Positions 55,979-57,014 of a DNA stretch of 57,014 nt are shown one piece after another. How positions within the stretch are numbered: the stretch's first letter is position 1; the number at the start of each line of letters is the position of its first letter. A model generated the notes under the pieces. The model worked only from the letters and a program-made list of their open reading frames with translations, was not told the origin of the DNA and ran no database searches. Made by a program: the position numbers and the translations under genes. Source of the DNA: Paraliomyxa miuraensis (lineage in GTDB: Bacteria; Myxococcota_A; Polyangia; Nannocystales; Nannocystaceae); NCBI RefSeq assembly GCF_026337845.1, contig NZ_JAOVZF010000146.1, forward strand, positions 1-57,014. Direction: 5' to 3'.

Positions 55979-57014
55979 GTGAGGCGCAGCCCGATCCGGA
56001 CCCGGACCTCGACCTGGTGGAGCGGTTTCGCGTGCGGTGTGGTCGTGGCGAGCGCGATGGTGCTGTGGCTACCGGGGCGGACCGTCACCGTCCCCGAAGC
56101 CACCGCGGCGGGCTCCCGCTTCGATCGCGACTCGTTCCATCAGGCCCTCGATGCCGTCCTCGATCGCTACGTCGATCCCGTGGACGGCTCGACCCTGCTC
56201 GCACGCGGGCTCAAGCACATCGTGGCCGGGCTCGATGCCCACAGCCACTTCCTCACGGCCGAAGAGCGCAAGGCTCTGCGCACCCAGGTCAAGGACGGCA
56301 CCGCCGGCCTGGCCGTGCACCTGCACGCCGCCCCCGGCGGAGGTGACCGCGTGCTCGAGGTGATGGGCGTGCTGCCGGGCTCGGCCGGAGCGCTCGCGGG
56401 CCTCGCTCCTGGCGATCGCATCCTCGAGATCGACGGCACCGAGGTCGGACGCCTGCTCAGCCAGGTGGAGGCCGAGGGTCTGCTCGCGGGTGAGGTGGGC
56501 GAGCAGGTCGCTCTGCGGGTGCAGCGTCGGCACGATTCCAGCCCCTCCCGCGTGGACCTCACCCTCGGCGAGGCACCGCGCGAGCAGTTGGTGAGCGAGC
56601 TGTTGCCCGTGGCGGGGGCGCACGGGTTCGAGGGCAAGGCCGCGATCATCGAGCTTCGTGGCTTTCGCCGCGGCACCGGAGAGGCGTTCAAGAAGCAGCT
56701 CGCGCAGCTACGGCGCTCCGCCGGCTCCCATGGCCTCGCGGCGGTGGTGCTCGACCTCCGAGGAAATCCAGGTGGCGAGGTCGACGAGGCGCTCGTGGTG
56801 GCCGACCGCTTCGTACGCCGCGGCATCCTCACCCGCACCCGCGGCCGCGGGGGTCGGATCCTCCGCGAGGAGCTCGCCCACGAGGCGGGCACCGACACCG
56901 AGACTCCGCTGGTGATCATCCAGGATCGACACACCGCCTCGGCGGCCGAGCTGCTCACCGCGGCCCTGCGCGACAACGGGCGGGCGCGCAGCGTGGGCGA
57001 GCGCAGCTACGGCA
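55979..57014 (+). CDS. S41-family C-terminal processing peptidase (CtpA / tail-specific-protease-like). Partial: it runs off the window end.
   Basis: GTG start gives MRRSPIRTRTSTWWSGFACGVVVASAMVLW as a signal anchor. PDZ region: VLEVMGVLPGSAGALAGLAPGDRILEIDG. LDLRGNPGG is the S41 motif. It is absent from the ORF track because there is no stop in the window. Confidence 0.7.
   Translation, partial: MRRSPIRTRTSTWWSGFACGVVVASAMVLWLPGRTVTVPEATAAGSRFDRDSFHQALDAVLDRYVDPVDGSTLLARGLKHIVAGLDAHSHFLTAEERKALRTQVKDGTAGLAVHLHAAPGGGDRVLEVMGVLPGSAGALAGLAPGDRILEIDGTEVGRLLSQVEAEGLLAGEVGEQVALRVQRRHDSSPSRVDLTLGEAPREQLVSELLPVAGAHGFEGKAAIIELRGFRRGTGEAFKKQLAQLRRSAGSHGLAAVVLDLRGNPGGEVDEALVVADRFVRRGILTRTRGRGGRILREELAHEAGTDTETPLVIIQDRHTASAAELLTAALRDNGRARSVGERSYG

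Overview
This is a ~70% GC window, almost certainly from a myxobacterium (Myxococcota). Four encoded proteins end in a Cys-rich G-C-G-C sorting tail followed by a hydrophobic helix and an Arg cluster, which is the MYXO-CTERM signal. It is an accessory-type mosaic rather than a core region. I called about 40 genes. All starts were set by counting codons from the supplied ORF ends. Coordinates taken by reading within sequence lines (tRNAs, hairpins, repeats) can be off by 1-2 nt.

Contents, in order:
- A truncated IS5-family transposase 5' fragment, then ~3.4 tandem copies of an ~89-bp palindrome-rich repeat.
- An isolated mraY-murD pair with no other dcw cell-wall genes.
- A translationally coupled minus-strand operon: VWA lipoprotein, MopE-like Cys-repeat MYXO-CTERM protein, MBL hydrolase, TerB-like protein, lipoprotein, MobA-like nucleotidyltransferase.
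- An 841-aa domainless orphan ORF beside a sigma54-activator-like AAA+ regulator that lacks the GAFTGA motif. A sigma54-type -24/-12 promoter match and a perfect 15-nt direct repeat sit upstream of the regulator.
- An aminotransferase, an S46 dipeptidyl peptidase carrying a MYXO-CTERM tail, and an AMMECR1-family protein.
- Oligoribonuclease, a lipoprotein, threonine/serine dehydratase, another MYXO-CTERM protein, an FAD oxidoreductase, and an RNA ligase fused to a tRNA-binding OB domain.
- An ECF sigma factor, a Ser/Thr kinase with TPR repeats, and a lower-GC 111-aa protein coupled to the kinase by an ATGA overlap.
- Two tandem tRNA-Pro genes directly downstream of a divergent 383-aa EF-Tu paralog, with a perfect 16-bp GC hairpin upstream of it.
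- A membrane-anchored protein with 7 tandem FGTDPTVYGLEA repeats (tandem 60-78-nt DNA repeats) followed by a discoidin-like lipoprotein.
- Two paralogous kinase-NTPase-TPR giants flanking an island of GST, a hypothetical, an orphan flavin-dependent halogenase, an FHA hybrid histidine kinase and a lipoprotein.
- An M20 amidohydrolase, then a second MopE-repeat lipoprotein plus VWA lipoprotein pair.
- ErpA/IscA, a 4x ~12-nt direct-repeat array with an exact TTGACA, a Lys-rich lipoprotein, and a truncated S41 peptidase.

The most notable items are the EF-Tu paralog with its two tRNA-Pro genes, the recurring MopE/VWA two-gene module, the orphan 841-aa protein with its GAFTGA-less regulator, and the kinase-flanked halogenase island. 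Many long antisense or out-of-frame ORFs in the track are GC artefacts and were rejected.
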